Part shown: positions 1 to 9,826 of the stretch, one piece after another
Layout: the number at the start of each line of letters is the position of its first letter
How positions within the stretch are numbered: the stretch's first letter is position 1
Source of the DNA: Candidatus Bathyarchaeota archaeon
GTDB lineage: Archaea; Thermoproteota; Bathyarchaeia; Bathyarchaeales; Bathycorpusculaceae
Length of the DNA: 64,000 nucleotides
NCBI GenBank assembly: GCA_963782525.1
Contig: CAWAKC010000009.1
Coordinates: 64,001-128,000 of the forward strand
Reading direction: 5' to 3'
Program-made: the position numbers and the translations under genes
The notes under the pieces: model-generated
The model's input: only the letters and a program-made list of their open reading frames with translations
Told to the model about the DNA's origin: nothing
Databases searched by the model: none

Positions 1-66
1 TCGTAGCCAGGTGTGTTTGTTGGGTGTTGGCAAGGTTACTTTTTGGGGTAGAGGGGAGGTTTTGAT

Positions 67-2697
67 TTGACAATTGTTTTTGATGCAGAGCAGCTCTATG
101 CTCTCAAGCGTGCTCATCCTGACTGGGTTTTGTTGTTGGGAGATAAGTCGAAGAATCCCAGTCGGCTTGTGGGCGCTTGGAAAGACTTAACCAGCCAGTC
201 ACTTGGGGATTTGGAGGCGCTTGTGGCTAAGGCGCAGGGTGGTGAGGTGGAGGCTTGGAATTTTGGTCCACGAACAGGTATGGGCGGGTTGGCTTGTTTG
301 GATTGGGATTGGGAATTCTTGGCTTATCGGTGGAGTAAGCGTTTTGGTGATCGTGCTAAAACTTTGACGTTTCGAACGCCCAACATGGGTTACCGCATGC
401 TCTACACCACCACCGAGAAAGAGAACAGCAGCCCGTTTAAGCGTGTGTTGCATATGGAGTTTGAAAACGGCGGCTACGTTGCGGTAGGTGGCTTTGCGGA
501 GGATTGTGAAGGAAACAAGCAACCCTACGTGCGGGTGACAGATGCGCCCATACGGGTCGATAATTCGATTATTGCTGATACTAAGGTGTTTTTGGGTGAG
601 CAGCTTTTGCGGTATGATTTTTTGTGTTTTAACTGCATAGGCGCTGTTGTGGATCGGAAGCATGTTCGTTTGGATCATTTTCAGCGGTTGGCGTTTGTGC
701 AGTTTATGGTTGCGGGGGATTTTTTGGATGATGAAATTCATGATTTCTTCAAAACCGTTTATGGGTCAGAGGGCAAGCGGGATTACGATTGTGGCATAAC
801 TCAAGCGCAGATTGTTAGTGCTCGTGGTTTTCATGAGCGAGGGGGTAAACCGCATCCTTGTAGTGCTAAGATGAATGCGGAGACGGGGCATGTTAGTACG
901 CCGTTGTTTCAGGTTTTTGGAGGTACCCAAGATAGATGCGTTGGATGCATCCGTAAGCTCCAAGCTAAAACTGGCGCCGCAGACGTTAAGGAGCAAAAAC
1001 TCGAGCAAGTCCTCGAGCGCCTGCGTAGCGAATACACGTTTAAAACGCCGATGGATCTGCGTGATCTCCACTATTACTGTGAGGGCATCTACAAGCCGGC
1101 TGAATGTTTGGTGGAGGGGTTGCTTGAGCGTGAGTTGGGTGCTTCGGCGAGTAGTCATTTTGTTTCTGAGGTTTTGGAGCATCTGCGAAGAGGAAGTTTT
1201 GTGGATCGAGCGGAGTTTAATCGGTTTTTGGGGTTTGTTCCTGTGGAGAATGGGCTTTTGGATTTGAAGACTTTGGAGCTCAAGCCCTTTGATGCTGAGT
1301 TAATCTATACTTACAAGCTCAATGTACATTTTGATGGTTCCGCTAAATGCCCCAAATGGTTAGCATTCCTATTGCAAATATTACCTGTGGAAGATCATGC
1401 GCTTCTGCAAGAGTACATGGGCTATTGTCTTTTGCCAGTTATGCCAAAGCACAAGATGATGTGGTTCTACGGCGGTGGCAGGAACGGGAAAGGCAGAGTA
1501 ATCGCAACCTTGGAAGCTATCGTGGGAGGGGAAAACTGCTGCTATTTGGAGCTTGGAGAGTTAGATGGTGAGCACCGCTTCTCCGTAGCTCAACTCTATG
1601 GAAAACTGGTAAACGTATGCAGTGAACCCTCGACAGCAATTGCATTGCAGACTGCGCTGTTAAAGAAGATCACGGGGGAAGACAGTTTAGATGCAGAAGT
1701 CAAGGGTAAGCAAAAACGGATAAGCTTTCGTAATGTGGCAAAAGTGTTCGTTTTAGGTAATGAATTTCCTAAAGTTAAGGACTCGAGTGTGGCGTTTCAA
1801 GAGCGGACATTAATCTTGCGTTTTCCAAATTCGTTTACGGGCAAGGACCAAGTTGATGACATAGAGCAAACTTGGCTAAGCGACGCCGGGGAGGTTTCGG
1901 GGATTTTTAATTGGATGCTTTGTGGTCTTCATCGTCTTTGGGAAAACAACGATTTTTCTGTTAGCAAGAGCACCCAGGAAGTTATGTTGGAATTCAAGCG
2001 CACCTCTGATCCGATAGGCGCCTGGATAGAAGATAACTGCATTTTTGATTTGGAAGGGTATGTTTCAAGGAGGGCAGCCTTTGAAGACTACAAAAACTAT
2101 GCCGATTTGGAGCTTGGGAAACCTCCAGAAACAGAACGCCGATTCTATCAGCGGCTGCGAGATACTCCAAAGGTTAAGGATTATGAGACCAGCAGGGAAG
2201 GCCGAGGCTTTAAAGGCATACGACTCAAGATTTCAAACGATCAACCAGTTGAGAACTACCAAACACAACTAAATGCCACCACAACTACCACAGTTACCAC
2301 AGATAATTTTAGCTGCCAAAAAAATCTGAGCTCCGCTGGCGAAAAATTTTGCGATGATCAAAAACCTGCGATATCTGCGGTAGCTGAGGCAGCCGACCAA
2401 AAAACAAAACTGAAAGAAGAAGAGGGCTCCGTGCAGCAACCTTCTTCTTTTGGAGAGGTACCGGTTGAACCTAAAGGGACCGCACTTATGATGGCTGAGC
2501 CAATCCACTACCACACCCTGGCCCCAAATGAGCCTCATCCATGCGACAAATACGGCTGCGTACGAGAAGCCAGATACCAACTTGGCAACGGTTTTTACTG
2601 CCATGATAAGGCGGTTAGCCATTTTTCTGAGGTTGCAAACAAATGCCGAAAAGAAGGATTCCAGTTAATTGAGGATGTGCAAACGTTTGATGTTTAA
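67..2697 (+). CDS. Mobile-element replication protein: bifunctional Prim-Pol N-terminus, PriL-like Cys domain, D5/P4-type SF3 helicase
   Basis: NFGPRTG..LACLDWD..TFRTP Prim-Pol motifs; VPVENGLLDL D5_N motif; Walker A GGGRNGKG; LYGKLVNVCSE and LKKITGED SF3 motifs. Confidence 0.9.
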   Translation: MTIVFDAEQLYALKRAHPDWVLLLGDKSKNPSRLVGAWKDLTSQSLGDLEALVAKAQGGEVEAWNFGPRTGMGGLACLDWDWEFLAYRWSKRFGDRAKTLTFRTPNMGYRMLYTTTEKENSSPFKRVLHMEFENGGYVAVGGFAEDCEGNKQPYVRVTDAPIRVDNSIIADTKVFLGEQLLRYDFLCFNCIGAVVDRKHVRLDHFQRLAFVQFMVAGDFLDDEIHDFFKTVYGSEGKRDYDCGITQAQIVSARGFHERGGKPHPCSAKMNAETGHVSTPLFQVFGGTQDRCVGCIRKLQAKTGAADVKEQKLEQVLERLRSEYTFKTPMDLRDLHYYCEGIYKPAECLVEGLLERELGASASSHFVSEVLEHLRRGSFVDRAEFNRFLGFVPVENGLLDLKTLELKPFDAELIYTYKLNVHFDGSAKCPKWLAFLLQILPVEDHALLQEYMGYCLLPVMPKHKMMWFYGGGRNGKGRVIATLEAIVGGENCCYLELGELDGEHRFSVAQLYGKLVNVCSEPSTAIALQTALLKKITGEDSLDAEVKGKQKRISFRNVAKVFVLGNEFPKVKDSSVAFQERTLILRFPNSFTGKDQVDDIEQTWLSDAGEVSGIFNWMLCGLHRLWENNDFSVSKSTQEVMLEFKRTSDPIGAWIEDNCIFDLEGYVSRRAAFEDYKNYADLELGKPPETERRFYQRLRDTPKVKDYETSREGRGFKGIRLKISNDQPVENYQTQLNATTTTTVTTDNFSCQKNLSSAGEKFCDDQKPAISAVAEAADQKTKLKEEEGSVQQPSSFGEVPVEPKGTALMMAEPIHYHTLAPNEPHPCDKYGCVREARYQLGNGFYCHDKAVSHFSEVANKCRKEGFQLIEDVQTFDV
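2275..2392. repeat. Inverted 9-bp iteron arrays inside the rep gene (candidate origin)
   Basis: gccaccaca/actaccaca/gttaccaca at 2275-2301 face ctgcgatat/ctgcggtag/ctgaggcag at 2366-2392 across an A/T-tract-containing spacer. Confidence 0.55.
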
Positions 2698-2868
2698 TCG
2701 TTTGATTTTGAAGGAACCTTTGTTTGATAGAAGAAGACAGTTAGTTGCACCACTGCAGCGGAGTTTGTGTTTTGGGTTGCTTTTTTGGTTTGGGGTTTGC
2801 AGCGTTTTCTGGTTGCGTCTTTGTCCGTCGCTATATGGTTGGGTAAGGTTGTCTTTGGAGGTGTTTTT

Positions 2869-3147
2869 GTGCCCTTAACTGGAAGAGTTGTCTTCAAAAC
2901 CCGCCTGCAGCGAGGCGACAGATTGCAAGTTAACAAGTACGTGAGATGGCGCTACAAGCTTGAATCCAATCAGTTCCTATCTGTTCGAGTACAATTCCTA
3001 GGCATCTGGGATTCATCAGGAGACTTTTTGTGTAGAATGACCAAAGACGGAAGAATAGTAATCCCCAAGCTCACAAGGGCATGCATCAAAAAAGGAAAAC
3101 CCAACTTAGACGGCAACATAGTAGAAGTCACCCTACAACCCTTCTAA
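2869..3147 (+). CDS. Tandem AbrB/MraZ-like DNA-binding protein, copy 1
   Basis: GTG start at 2869 gives 92 aa colinear with the paralog at 5130; LQRGDRLQV and MTKDGRIVIPKL swapped-hairpin motifs. Confidence 0.7.
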   Translation: MPLTGRVVFKTRLQRGDRLQVNKYVRWRYKLESNQFLSVRVQFLGIWDSSGDFLCRMTKDGRIVIPKLTRACIKKGKPNLDGNIVEVTLQPF

Positions 3148-3478
3148 CATACGAAAATTAGTATCTGATATGACAACGGAAAGTAAAGTTCAAAAGAAAG
3201 AATGCGCAAAGACGGAAGATTCTATTTCTTGAATGTGTCTCTTGAACCTTCTTAATATAACAAAGCATCAAAAAATTGAGGAGATGTTACTTCAGACAAG
3301 AGTGGAATTTTGTGTATTTTTTCTATTAATCTATCTTTTATCGCCTTGAGGCTTTAGAGCAAGTAGTTAATTGCCCGAAGCTTTAAAAAATTGTTTGGTA
3401 ACAGCGTCTTTTTTAGAAAGATATGGGGTTTCCCCAAAGAATTAATAGTAAGAATAGTTTACTTTCATACTGATAGAT

Positions 3479-3743
3479 ATGACCGCTGAAGAACCTGAAG
3501 TTACCACAATAAGCGAGAAAGGACAAGTAGTTATACCACAGTCCATACGCAAAGAACTGGGAATAAAACCGAAAAACAAATTCTTAGTCTACGGCAAAGG
3601 CGACACAATTATCATGAAAAAGCTACAGCTACCAAGTCTAAAAAAAGAGTGGGAAGATATCTTCGAATTAATGGATAAAAAAGCCTTGAAGATCAGATAA
3701 AGAAATACAAAAAGAAGTAGCCGCTGCTCGAAAAGCCAAATAG
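3479..3743 (+). pseudogene. AbrB/MazE antitoxin, frameshifted near the C-terminus
   Basis: TISEKGQVVIPQSIRKELGI motif; ORF stops at 3700 but the tail DKEIQKEVAAARKAK* continues in another frame to 3743. Confidence 0.7.
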
Positions 3744-3751
3744 ATGATATA

Positions 3752-4170
3752 ATACTCAGAGTAGTCCTCGACACCAACGTTCTTGTTAGCGCAATAATTT
3801 CAGATGGAAAACCAAGAGCACTCCTAAAGAAAGGAATAGCAGACCAATATTCGATTTTAATTTCTGATCCAATCCTAAAGGAGTTAGCAGTCGTTCTAAA
3901 ACGACCAAAATTTAAAGTCACCGAATACGAAGTTCAAAGAACCATCCTTGCTGTCATCAGAACCGCTGACACAATAAAGTTAAAAACAAAAATAAAAGCA
4001 GTAAAACAAGACCCCAGGACGATATGATCATCCAAACGGCAATTGATGGAGAAGCAGACATCATATTGACCGGAGACAGACATATACTATCGCTTGAAAC
4101 ATTCAACGAAATCAACATAACAACCTTGGAAAAAATGCTAGCGACCTTAGAAAGAAAAGAAACCGTATAA
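3752..4170 (+). pseudogene. PIN-domain toxin (PIN_3-like), no canonical start and frameshifted at ~4015
   Basis: Manual translation gives LRVVLDTNVLVSA...KQDP, then a frame change to DDMIIQTAIDGEADIILTGDRHIL; ATA sits at the expected start. Confidence 0.8.
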
Positions 4171-4223
4171 CGAATAAATAAAGAAGTTGAGCTATCTTCC
4201 TAATCTAAGAATAGGTTCTTCTA

Positions 4224-4613
4224 TTAGATCCATATTGTTTCGATTTCTTTGATCTGCTCAAAATGCGGATCGTCTGAAATGCAGACTGCCTTAAGCACGA
4301 AGGCTGTGGCGGCAATCATGCTATCACCCATGGATAGAGCATATTTATGCCTAAATTCAGCCGAAAGCTCAGCGATTTGTTGATCGACCGCAATAACTTT
4401 GAAGTCTTTCTGAATGAGAGCTACCTTGAGCTTTGCTATTTCTCGCCCTTCTCGCTTGATAGCATGTCTATATATTTCATGGATTACAATAGCCGAAGTG
4501 AATTTTTCCTTTTTAAGTTTCTGGGATAGTATTTTTCTTTGGAAAGACGCATCTGTCGAATAGAATAGCTCTACAAAGAACCTAGAGTCATAGACTGCTT
4601 TATTCATCTTCAT
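4224..4613 (-). CDS. vapC: VapC-like PIN toxin
   Basis: VYDSRFF, HEIY, LSMGDSMIAATA and SDDPHF PIN motifs; overlaps the antitoxin. Confidence 0.88.
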   Translation of the reverse strand: MKMNKAVYDSRFFVELFYSTDASFQRKILSQKLKKEKFTSAIVIHEIYRHAIKREGREIAKLKVALIQKDFKVIAVDQQIAELSAEFRHKYALSMGDSMIAATAFVLKAVCISDDPHFEQIKEIETIWI

Positions 4614-4836
4614 CTTGATGCCGCAGTGCGTCTAATTCTTTTTTTACCTCTTCGACGGTTCCAAACTCTGAGTATGCTCCTATAACATCCCATATTGATT
4701 TCACAGGCTTGAGGAGTAATCCTTCGTCTGTTATTATTACCTGAAGCCGTGTTCCTTCTTCTATTTTGAGTTTTTTACGGATTCTGACTGGAATAATTGT
4801 CTGACCTTTCTTTTTTACGACAATCTCTGTTTCCAT
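4600..4836 (-). CDS. AbrB/MazE-family antitoxin
   Basis: VKKKGQTIIPVRIRKKLKIEEG motif, directly upstream of the PIN gene. Confidence 0.88.
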   Translation of the reverse strand: METEIVVKKKGQTIIPVRIRKKLKIEEGTRLQVIITDEGLLLKPVKSIWDVIGAYSEFGTVEEVKKELDALRHQDEDE

Positions 4837-5129
4837 CTTTTATCCCAGCATTACTTCTATTTTGAAGTAATTAAAAGTTATCTAATCGAGTAAAAGCTTG
4901 CGTTTGTTAGCTCGTTCAAAAGAACTATATGGAAGGTTTTTTATTAATCGAGATTCCCCAACATTTTGACGAGCCGGAAGGATAACTTGTTTGATGGAAT
5001 AACAACACGTCTGCCGCAAAAAAATGGGACTTGCTTTGGATTGCTTTTACTTGGTGGGGTCTGGAGTTTTCTTTGGTTGGGTCGATAAACGTCTGGGTGC
5101 GGTTGCCAAAGTCAATTGGGGGTTGTTAG

Positions 5130-5408
5130 TTGCCGTTGACTGAACGCGTATCCTTTAAGACCAGGTTGCAGCGGGGAAATCGAGTGCAAGTTCCAAAATA
5201 TGTGAGATGGTACTACAAGCTAGAACCGACTCAGATCTTTGAGGTTACAATCCGTGTTCTTGGGGTCTGGTGCTCTGGGCAGAGTTTTCTTTCCAGAATG
5301 ACCAAAGACGGAAGAATAGTAATCCCCAAACTCACCAAGGCATGCATCAAAAAAGGAAAACCAAACATAGACGGCTACCTAGTAGAAGTCATCCTACAAC
5401 CCTTCTAG
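5130..5408 (+). CDS. Tandem AbrB/MraZ-like DNA-binding protein, copy 2
   Basis: Paralog of 2869-3147; the 3' ~110 nt are nearly identical. Confidence 0.7.
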   Translation: MPLTERVSFKTRLQRGNRVQVPKYVRWYYKLEPTQIFEVTIRVLGVWCSGQSFLSRMTKDGRIVIPKLTKACIKKGKPNIDGYLVEVILQPF

Positions 5409-5913
5409 CATACGAAGAGTTTGAGTTAATTGAAGATGCAGATACTTAATGGTTAATCATTCGATTCCAGAATTATTGTCTGTTAGAAGAACAACACTTG
5501 TTGCTGCAAAATATAGAGGGGTTTGTTTTGGGTTGCTTTTCTGGTTTTGGCTTTAGGGCATGATTTGGATGCGTCTTTGCGCGTCTTGGAACGTCTGGGA
5601 AAGGCGGATTGTTCTGGTTCCTACTGAGAAATAACTCTAAAACCTTTTAGCAATCGATTATCAAAAATTAGGGAAGTATTTTGTTTCATAAAAAACCTAA
5701 TCTACCTGAAACCATGCGGCAAAGCTAAAGATTTTTAATAGACAAGTGCAAGATTCTTGGTTAAGCAAGCTTTCGAAGCGAATCTGAGCTACTGTTTGGC
5801 GCGGGTTGTGTTTAAAGAACAACACCCTTTTGATGATGGTCTTATTGTTATTGAGGATTTTGTCTGAAAAGAATTAAAAGGCGCTTAAACAGTCTATTAC
5901 TTGGTGCATTCAG

Positions 5914-6135
5914 TTGGAGGCAAAGGTCAAAATCAAAGAAGAAGGAATAGTTATTCCAAAGAAGCTTTTCAAGGAAATGGTCGGCACTTACATTAAGATG
6001 GAGCAGATACTTGCGACGTTAGAGACACTTGCAGATAAAGAAACATTAACAGCGATTGAGGAAAGCAAAAAACAGGTGGCTAAAGGCGAATACGTTGAGT
6101 GCTCAATCAATGACCTAGAAAAAGTCTTGAAATAA
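5914..6135 (+). CDS. Putative antitoxin (RelB-like partner)
   Basis: LETLADKETLTAIEESKKQVAKGE tail typical of RelE partners; 1 nt upstream of the toxin. Confidence 0.7.
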   Translation: MEAKVKIKEEGIVIPKKLFKEMVGTYIKMEQILATLETLADKETLTAIEESKKQVAKGEYVECSINDLEKVLK

Positions 6136-6136
6136 C

Positions 6137-6391
6137 ATGCCCTACACCGCAAGATTTTCTAAAGCATTCCTTAAAAAAGAGAAACAATTGCCAAGCACAG
6201 TAAAATCTAGAATTGTGGAAACACTTAAAGAAACGCTCATCAAGCCCGGCAGCGGCATCATGCTTGTTGGTCCACTTAAGGGTTTATGGAAAGTACGAGT
6301 TGGAAAATATCGAATTATCTATGAAATTGATGAGCAAGAGAAAAAAGTTATTTTCCATGATGTTGAACTCAGGAAAAAAGTGTATGAATAA
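6137..6391 (+). CDS. relE: RelE/ParE-family toxin
   Basis: LVGPLKGLWKVRVGKYRIIYEID...RKKVY. Confidence 0.9.
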   Translation: MPYTARFSKAFLKKEKQLPSTVKSRIVETLKETLIKPGSGIMLVGPLKGLWKVRVGKYRIIYEIDEQEKKVIFHDVELRKKVYE

Positions 6392-6464
6392 AATATACAC
6401 AGCAAATAAAATGAAAAAGAAATATACAGTCCTAGATTCTTAAAGTAGCAAGTTTCTCAACGAA

Positions 6465-6565
6465 TCTTAGCTCCGCTCGCGGAAAAATTTGCGATGCACA
6501 AAAAACCTGCCTTGTCTGTAGTAGTCTGGGAGCATCCAAAATAGAACAGGTAGAAGAAGAAGAGC
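6465..6565 (+). repeat. Degenerate copy of rep-gene segment 2323-2425
   Basis: agctccgctcgcggaaaaatttgcgatgcacaaaaaacctgc vs agctccgctggcgaaaaattttgcgatgatcaaaaacctgc. Confidence 0.75.
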
Positions 6566-6722
6566 GAAAAAATTTTTCCAATCTTGGTTGTTTCTATCGA
6601 ATCCTCTACTAATTCGGGTTATTGAGAAATCGCAGAACAAAGGGTCTCTTTCATTAGTTGTTATAATGTTATTTTTTGAAACAGATTAACTTGATTTATA
6701 AGTTCGCTCTAAGAATTCGCGT

Positions 6723-7421
6723 TTAATATGTTGCTTCGGACATTATGCGCATAAAAATTTCGACACTGTTCATGAATCCAAGCTTCTTCTCACCCAACCG
6801 CTCACGATATTTTATCGGAACTTCAACAATGCCAAAACCTTCCCGCTCCACATGATGATTAAGCTCCACCTCAACATCAAAACCCTTAGATCTTACACTC
6901 CAATTTCTAAGAAGCTTCGCACGCACAACACGCAATCCCGTCAACGGATCCGCTAAAGACACTCCATTTAGAATATTGTGTGCAAAAGCAATTAACCGAT
7001 TGCCCAAATAAAATACGGCATTCAAACCCTTTAAATCCAAATAACCGCTAAATCGGTTTCCACAAACCATGCCCACTTCAGGATTTTCATCCAAAATCTG
7101 AATCATTCCGGGAACATGTTCAGCAGGATATGTGTAATCTGCATCGGTTATAACAATATAATCAACGGTTAAGTCCGAACACTTAATCGCCGTAGCTAAC
7201 GCAGCACCCTTGCCTAATCCCTCCTGCAAAATAATTTGGGCACCCAGGTTCTTAGCTACCTCGACGGTACGATCAGTGCTTCTACCATCCACAACCAAAA
7301 TCTGCGTATTCTTCAAAGTTTTGCATAGCTCAGATATGGTGAGGCCAATGCCCTCTTCCTCGTTTAGCGCAGCTATGAGAACCTGCGTAGAAGGAGTACT
7401 AGGCACTTCTTTTTTCACCAT
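6723..7421 (-). CDS. GT2 glycosyltransferase (dolichol-phosphate mannose synthase-like)
   Basis: AALNEEEGI, VVDGRSTDRT, GKGAA, DADYTY motifs. Confidence 0.9.
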   Translation of the reverse strand: MVKKEVPSTPSTQVLIAALNEEEGIGLTISELCKTLKNTQILVVDGRSTDRTVEVAKNLGAQIILQEGLGKGAALATAIKCSDLTVDYIVITDADYTYPAEHVPGMIQILDENPEVGMVCGNRFSGYLDLKGLNAVFYLGNRLIAFAHNILNGVSLADPLTGLRVVRAKLLRNWSVRSKGFDVEVELNHHVEREGFGIVEVPIKYRERLGEKKLGFMNSVEIFMRIMSEATY

Positions 7422-7646
7422 CTATCAACACTCTTTTTTACGGCTACAAACTTTAAACTATAAATGCCTTTTAGTCGATACGATAATATATCAACGTTTA
7501 TAATCCCAAATTGCCAATCCTACTAGCGCAACAACCCAACAATTTACGAAAAATCTGCAAAGTTGTTTCTCTCGACATGTATAGCTGACAATCAAAAAGC
7601 CTTATATATTAAGAGTCAAGCAGGAGTACAATACAGGTGTGCCGAA

Positions 7647-7769
7647 ATGATAAATGCAACCTGTAGAAAAAAACACAGTAAACTCGCATTAGTTTCGCTC
7701 GCTCCCTTGTTCTTGGTGATCTTTGTTGTCGGCTGGATCCTATCTTGGATAGGACAATTAAGCCATTAA
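7647..7769 (+). CDS. 40-aa basic/transmembrane small protein, paralog A
   Basis: MINATCRKKHSKLALVSLAPLFLVIFVVGW; TATA-like cttatatattaag upstream; paralog at 10257. Confidence 0.55.
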   Translation: MINATCRKKHSKLALVSLAPLFLVIFVVGWILSWIGQLSH

Positions 7770-8163
7770 ACATCCACAAACACTAACTCCCCCAAAAATA
7801 TCTCGCAAATGAAAAAAACCTAATGCAAAAAACCAGCTAAAGCCCCCAACTCCAAAACAAAAATCGGACCCAGCACTAATGAATCCCTTCCTGACAGAAG
7901 CAGACAGAAACAAAAACAACTCTAATTAATCGTTAAAGCACTTTCTCCTTCCTCAAATGAACAAATGTTACTTTCCCCACAACGTCTATTAAAGACTTAT
8001 TGGACCCTACCACGACATTACATGTAAGTTTCGATAAAAAATTATCAATTTCTTCCCCTCCACCCTTGCCCATTTTCATCAAGCAAACAATACAACAAAA
8101 AAAGCATATAATTTCATATTCAAATAATCGTAATGTATCAAAACACCAAAGACCTCTTGGTTT

Positions 8164-8397
8164 CTATCTACGATGTTGTTCGTCTTCAAATTGGCTTGCT
8201 ACACGTAGGACATGGACGATTAAAGCGTCTTGTAGACGTTCAGCTTCTACTGCTGTACAGGCGGGGCCTTTCAAACCCTGAAGATGCAAATCCACATGAT
8301 CCTCTATGGCCTTGTCCATTTTCTTCAAATCGGGCACCACCAGGATTTCATCTCCACACTCACACCTAACCATAACCATACTTTTGGATTTCTTCAA
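8164..8397 (-). CDS. Small putative Zn-binding protein (CxC...HxxxH)
   Basis: CECGDEILVVPDLKKMDKAIEDHVDLH; paralog at 23268. Confidence 0.7.
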   Translation of the reverse strand: MKKSKSMVMVRCECGDEILVVPDLKKMDKAIEDHVDLHLQGLKGPACTAVEAERLQDALIVHVLRVASQFEDEQHRR

Positions 8398-8452
8398 TTT
8401 TTCATCAGCTCATATTATTTTGATAAAAAGCAGTCAACAAAAAATTTTTCGT

Positions 8453-8803
8453 TTACGTAGGAACATCTTTTCCAAATCCGCACAACTTTTCAAGGTGCTG
8501 TCGGTCTTTTGTGTTCTTCTCAACTTCGCCCCTCAAACACGTGGAACGCTCCAGATAATCTGCATAGAGCTCAAGAAACTCTTTCCCCGACGCAGTAGTT
8601 AAATAACCAGAATCCCCATCAAACGACAAAAGAGCGTTTCCCAAAAGAGCGCTTAGGTACTTTTCAAGTTGAAGAAAACTCAAATTAGCCCTATACATGA
8701 TTCTAGTCTTGCAAACCTTAACTAACGCTATAGAAAGAACATCCCGCACAATGTCTAAACTACCACGATTGGCGGGTTTTCGATCTTTCAAAGACAAAAA
8801 CAC
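8453..8803 (-). CDS. Winged-helix regulator (HTH_45/ArsR-like)
   Basis: RGSLDIVRDVL..KTRIMYRANLS..YLTTASGKEFL. Confidence 0.85.
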   Translation of the reverse strand: MFLSLKDRKPANRGSLDIVRDVLSIALVKVCKTRIMYRANLSFLQLEKYLSALLGNALLSFDGDSGYLTTASGKEFLELYADYLERSTCLRGEVEKNTKDRQHLEKLCGFGKDVPT

Positions 8804-9048
8804 ACCTCAACATTTTAAATTTCAAGAATACAAATCTTTTCAAATTAATGCTTAAAGTTCTAGGGGCAGTCGTGAACTTGTTTCCACTAACAAATCCCCC
8901 CGTTACCGGAGAAGACAATGCTTGAACTCTAAAGCTTAGCAATCAAGAACACTGCGGTTTAAGGGTATAAAGTATAAAGGGCAACAAGTAGAGCCCTCAG
9001 ATACACAAAAAAACCACAATCCCAGCTCAACCTACAAAAAATAGACAG

Positions 9049-9165
9049 TTAACGTTGAAATTTTTCAAGCAACAATAGAGCCAGAGAAGATACAACCGCT
9101 GCTGCAACAACAGAAATTTGCACACCGATTGCTGCATCTATCAGAACTAAAACCAAATTAAGCAT
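9049..9165 (-). CDS. 38-aa hydrophobic small protein
   Basis: MLNLVLVLIDAAIGVQISVVAAAVVSSLALLLLEKFQR, preceded by aaggag RBS. Confidence 0.4.
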   Translation of the reverse strand: MLNLVLVLIDAAIGVQISVVAAAVVSSLALLLLEKFQR

Positions 9166-9327
9166 TTACTCCTTGAAGGTTAATCTGTTTTAGCCAATGG
9201 ACCCAGAGAAGTTGTTGTTGTTGCTGCTGCAACTGCATTCCACACACAAGAGTTGCAACAACAATCAAAGACAAACCCAAACTAAACAACTTGCGTCTAA
9301 AACTCAAGAGCAACAAAAAAATACTTA

Positions 9328-9783
9328 CTAAATGGAATATCCAAGTTCATTCACTTTCCTAAGCAATAACAGCAAAGCTTTGCCTCGTGAAGTTATGCGG
9401 TAGCAACCGTTGCCTTCAACATCCTTGATTGCCTCAATGAAGCCTTTGCTTAGGAAATCTGAGAGATATCGGTTGAAACGTACGTAATTCAAGTTTGCTT
9501 GGTACATTATCCTCATTTTTTTCTGAGGCTTTAGGGTTGCTTCTAAAATGTCTATTGTGATGGTTACTTGGCTACGTTTCTGCAATATGCTTCGCCTTAA
9601 ACAAGCATCCTCGAAAAATGCATATAAGCGGTGTTTCGAAAACCGTAATATGTCATTTATCTCGATTAAAAACATAGATTTCCCGTATTTTCTACGCAAT
9701 AAATCCAAAAGCATTTTGAATAAAAAACCAGGTAATTCCAACTCTATCAAAATATAGAATATGCTTAATATGCTAGTGAACAT
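9328..9783 (-). CDS. Winged-helix regulator (HTH_45-like); true start probably near 9586
   Basis: KRSQVTITIDILEA..KMRIMYQANLN..YRITSRGK. Confidence 0.8.
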   Translation of the reverse strand: MFTSILSIFYILIELELPGFLFKMLLDLLRRKYGKSMFLIEINDILRFSKHRLYAFFEDACLRRSILQKRSQVTITIDILEATLKPQKKMRIMYQANLNYVRFNRYLSDFLSKGFIEAIKDVEGNGCYRITSRGKALLLLLRKVNELGYSI

Positions 9784-9826
9784 TTGTTAGAGGTATATTT
9801 TCTTCCTTAAGGGTGGTGAAAAAACA

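Noticed and set aside
199-1571. Antisense and alternate-frame ORFs over the rep gene (and similar ones over the propeller, glyS, ino1 and kinase genes)
   Set aside because: Shadow ORFs with no motifs, overlapping well-supported genes
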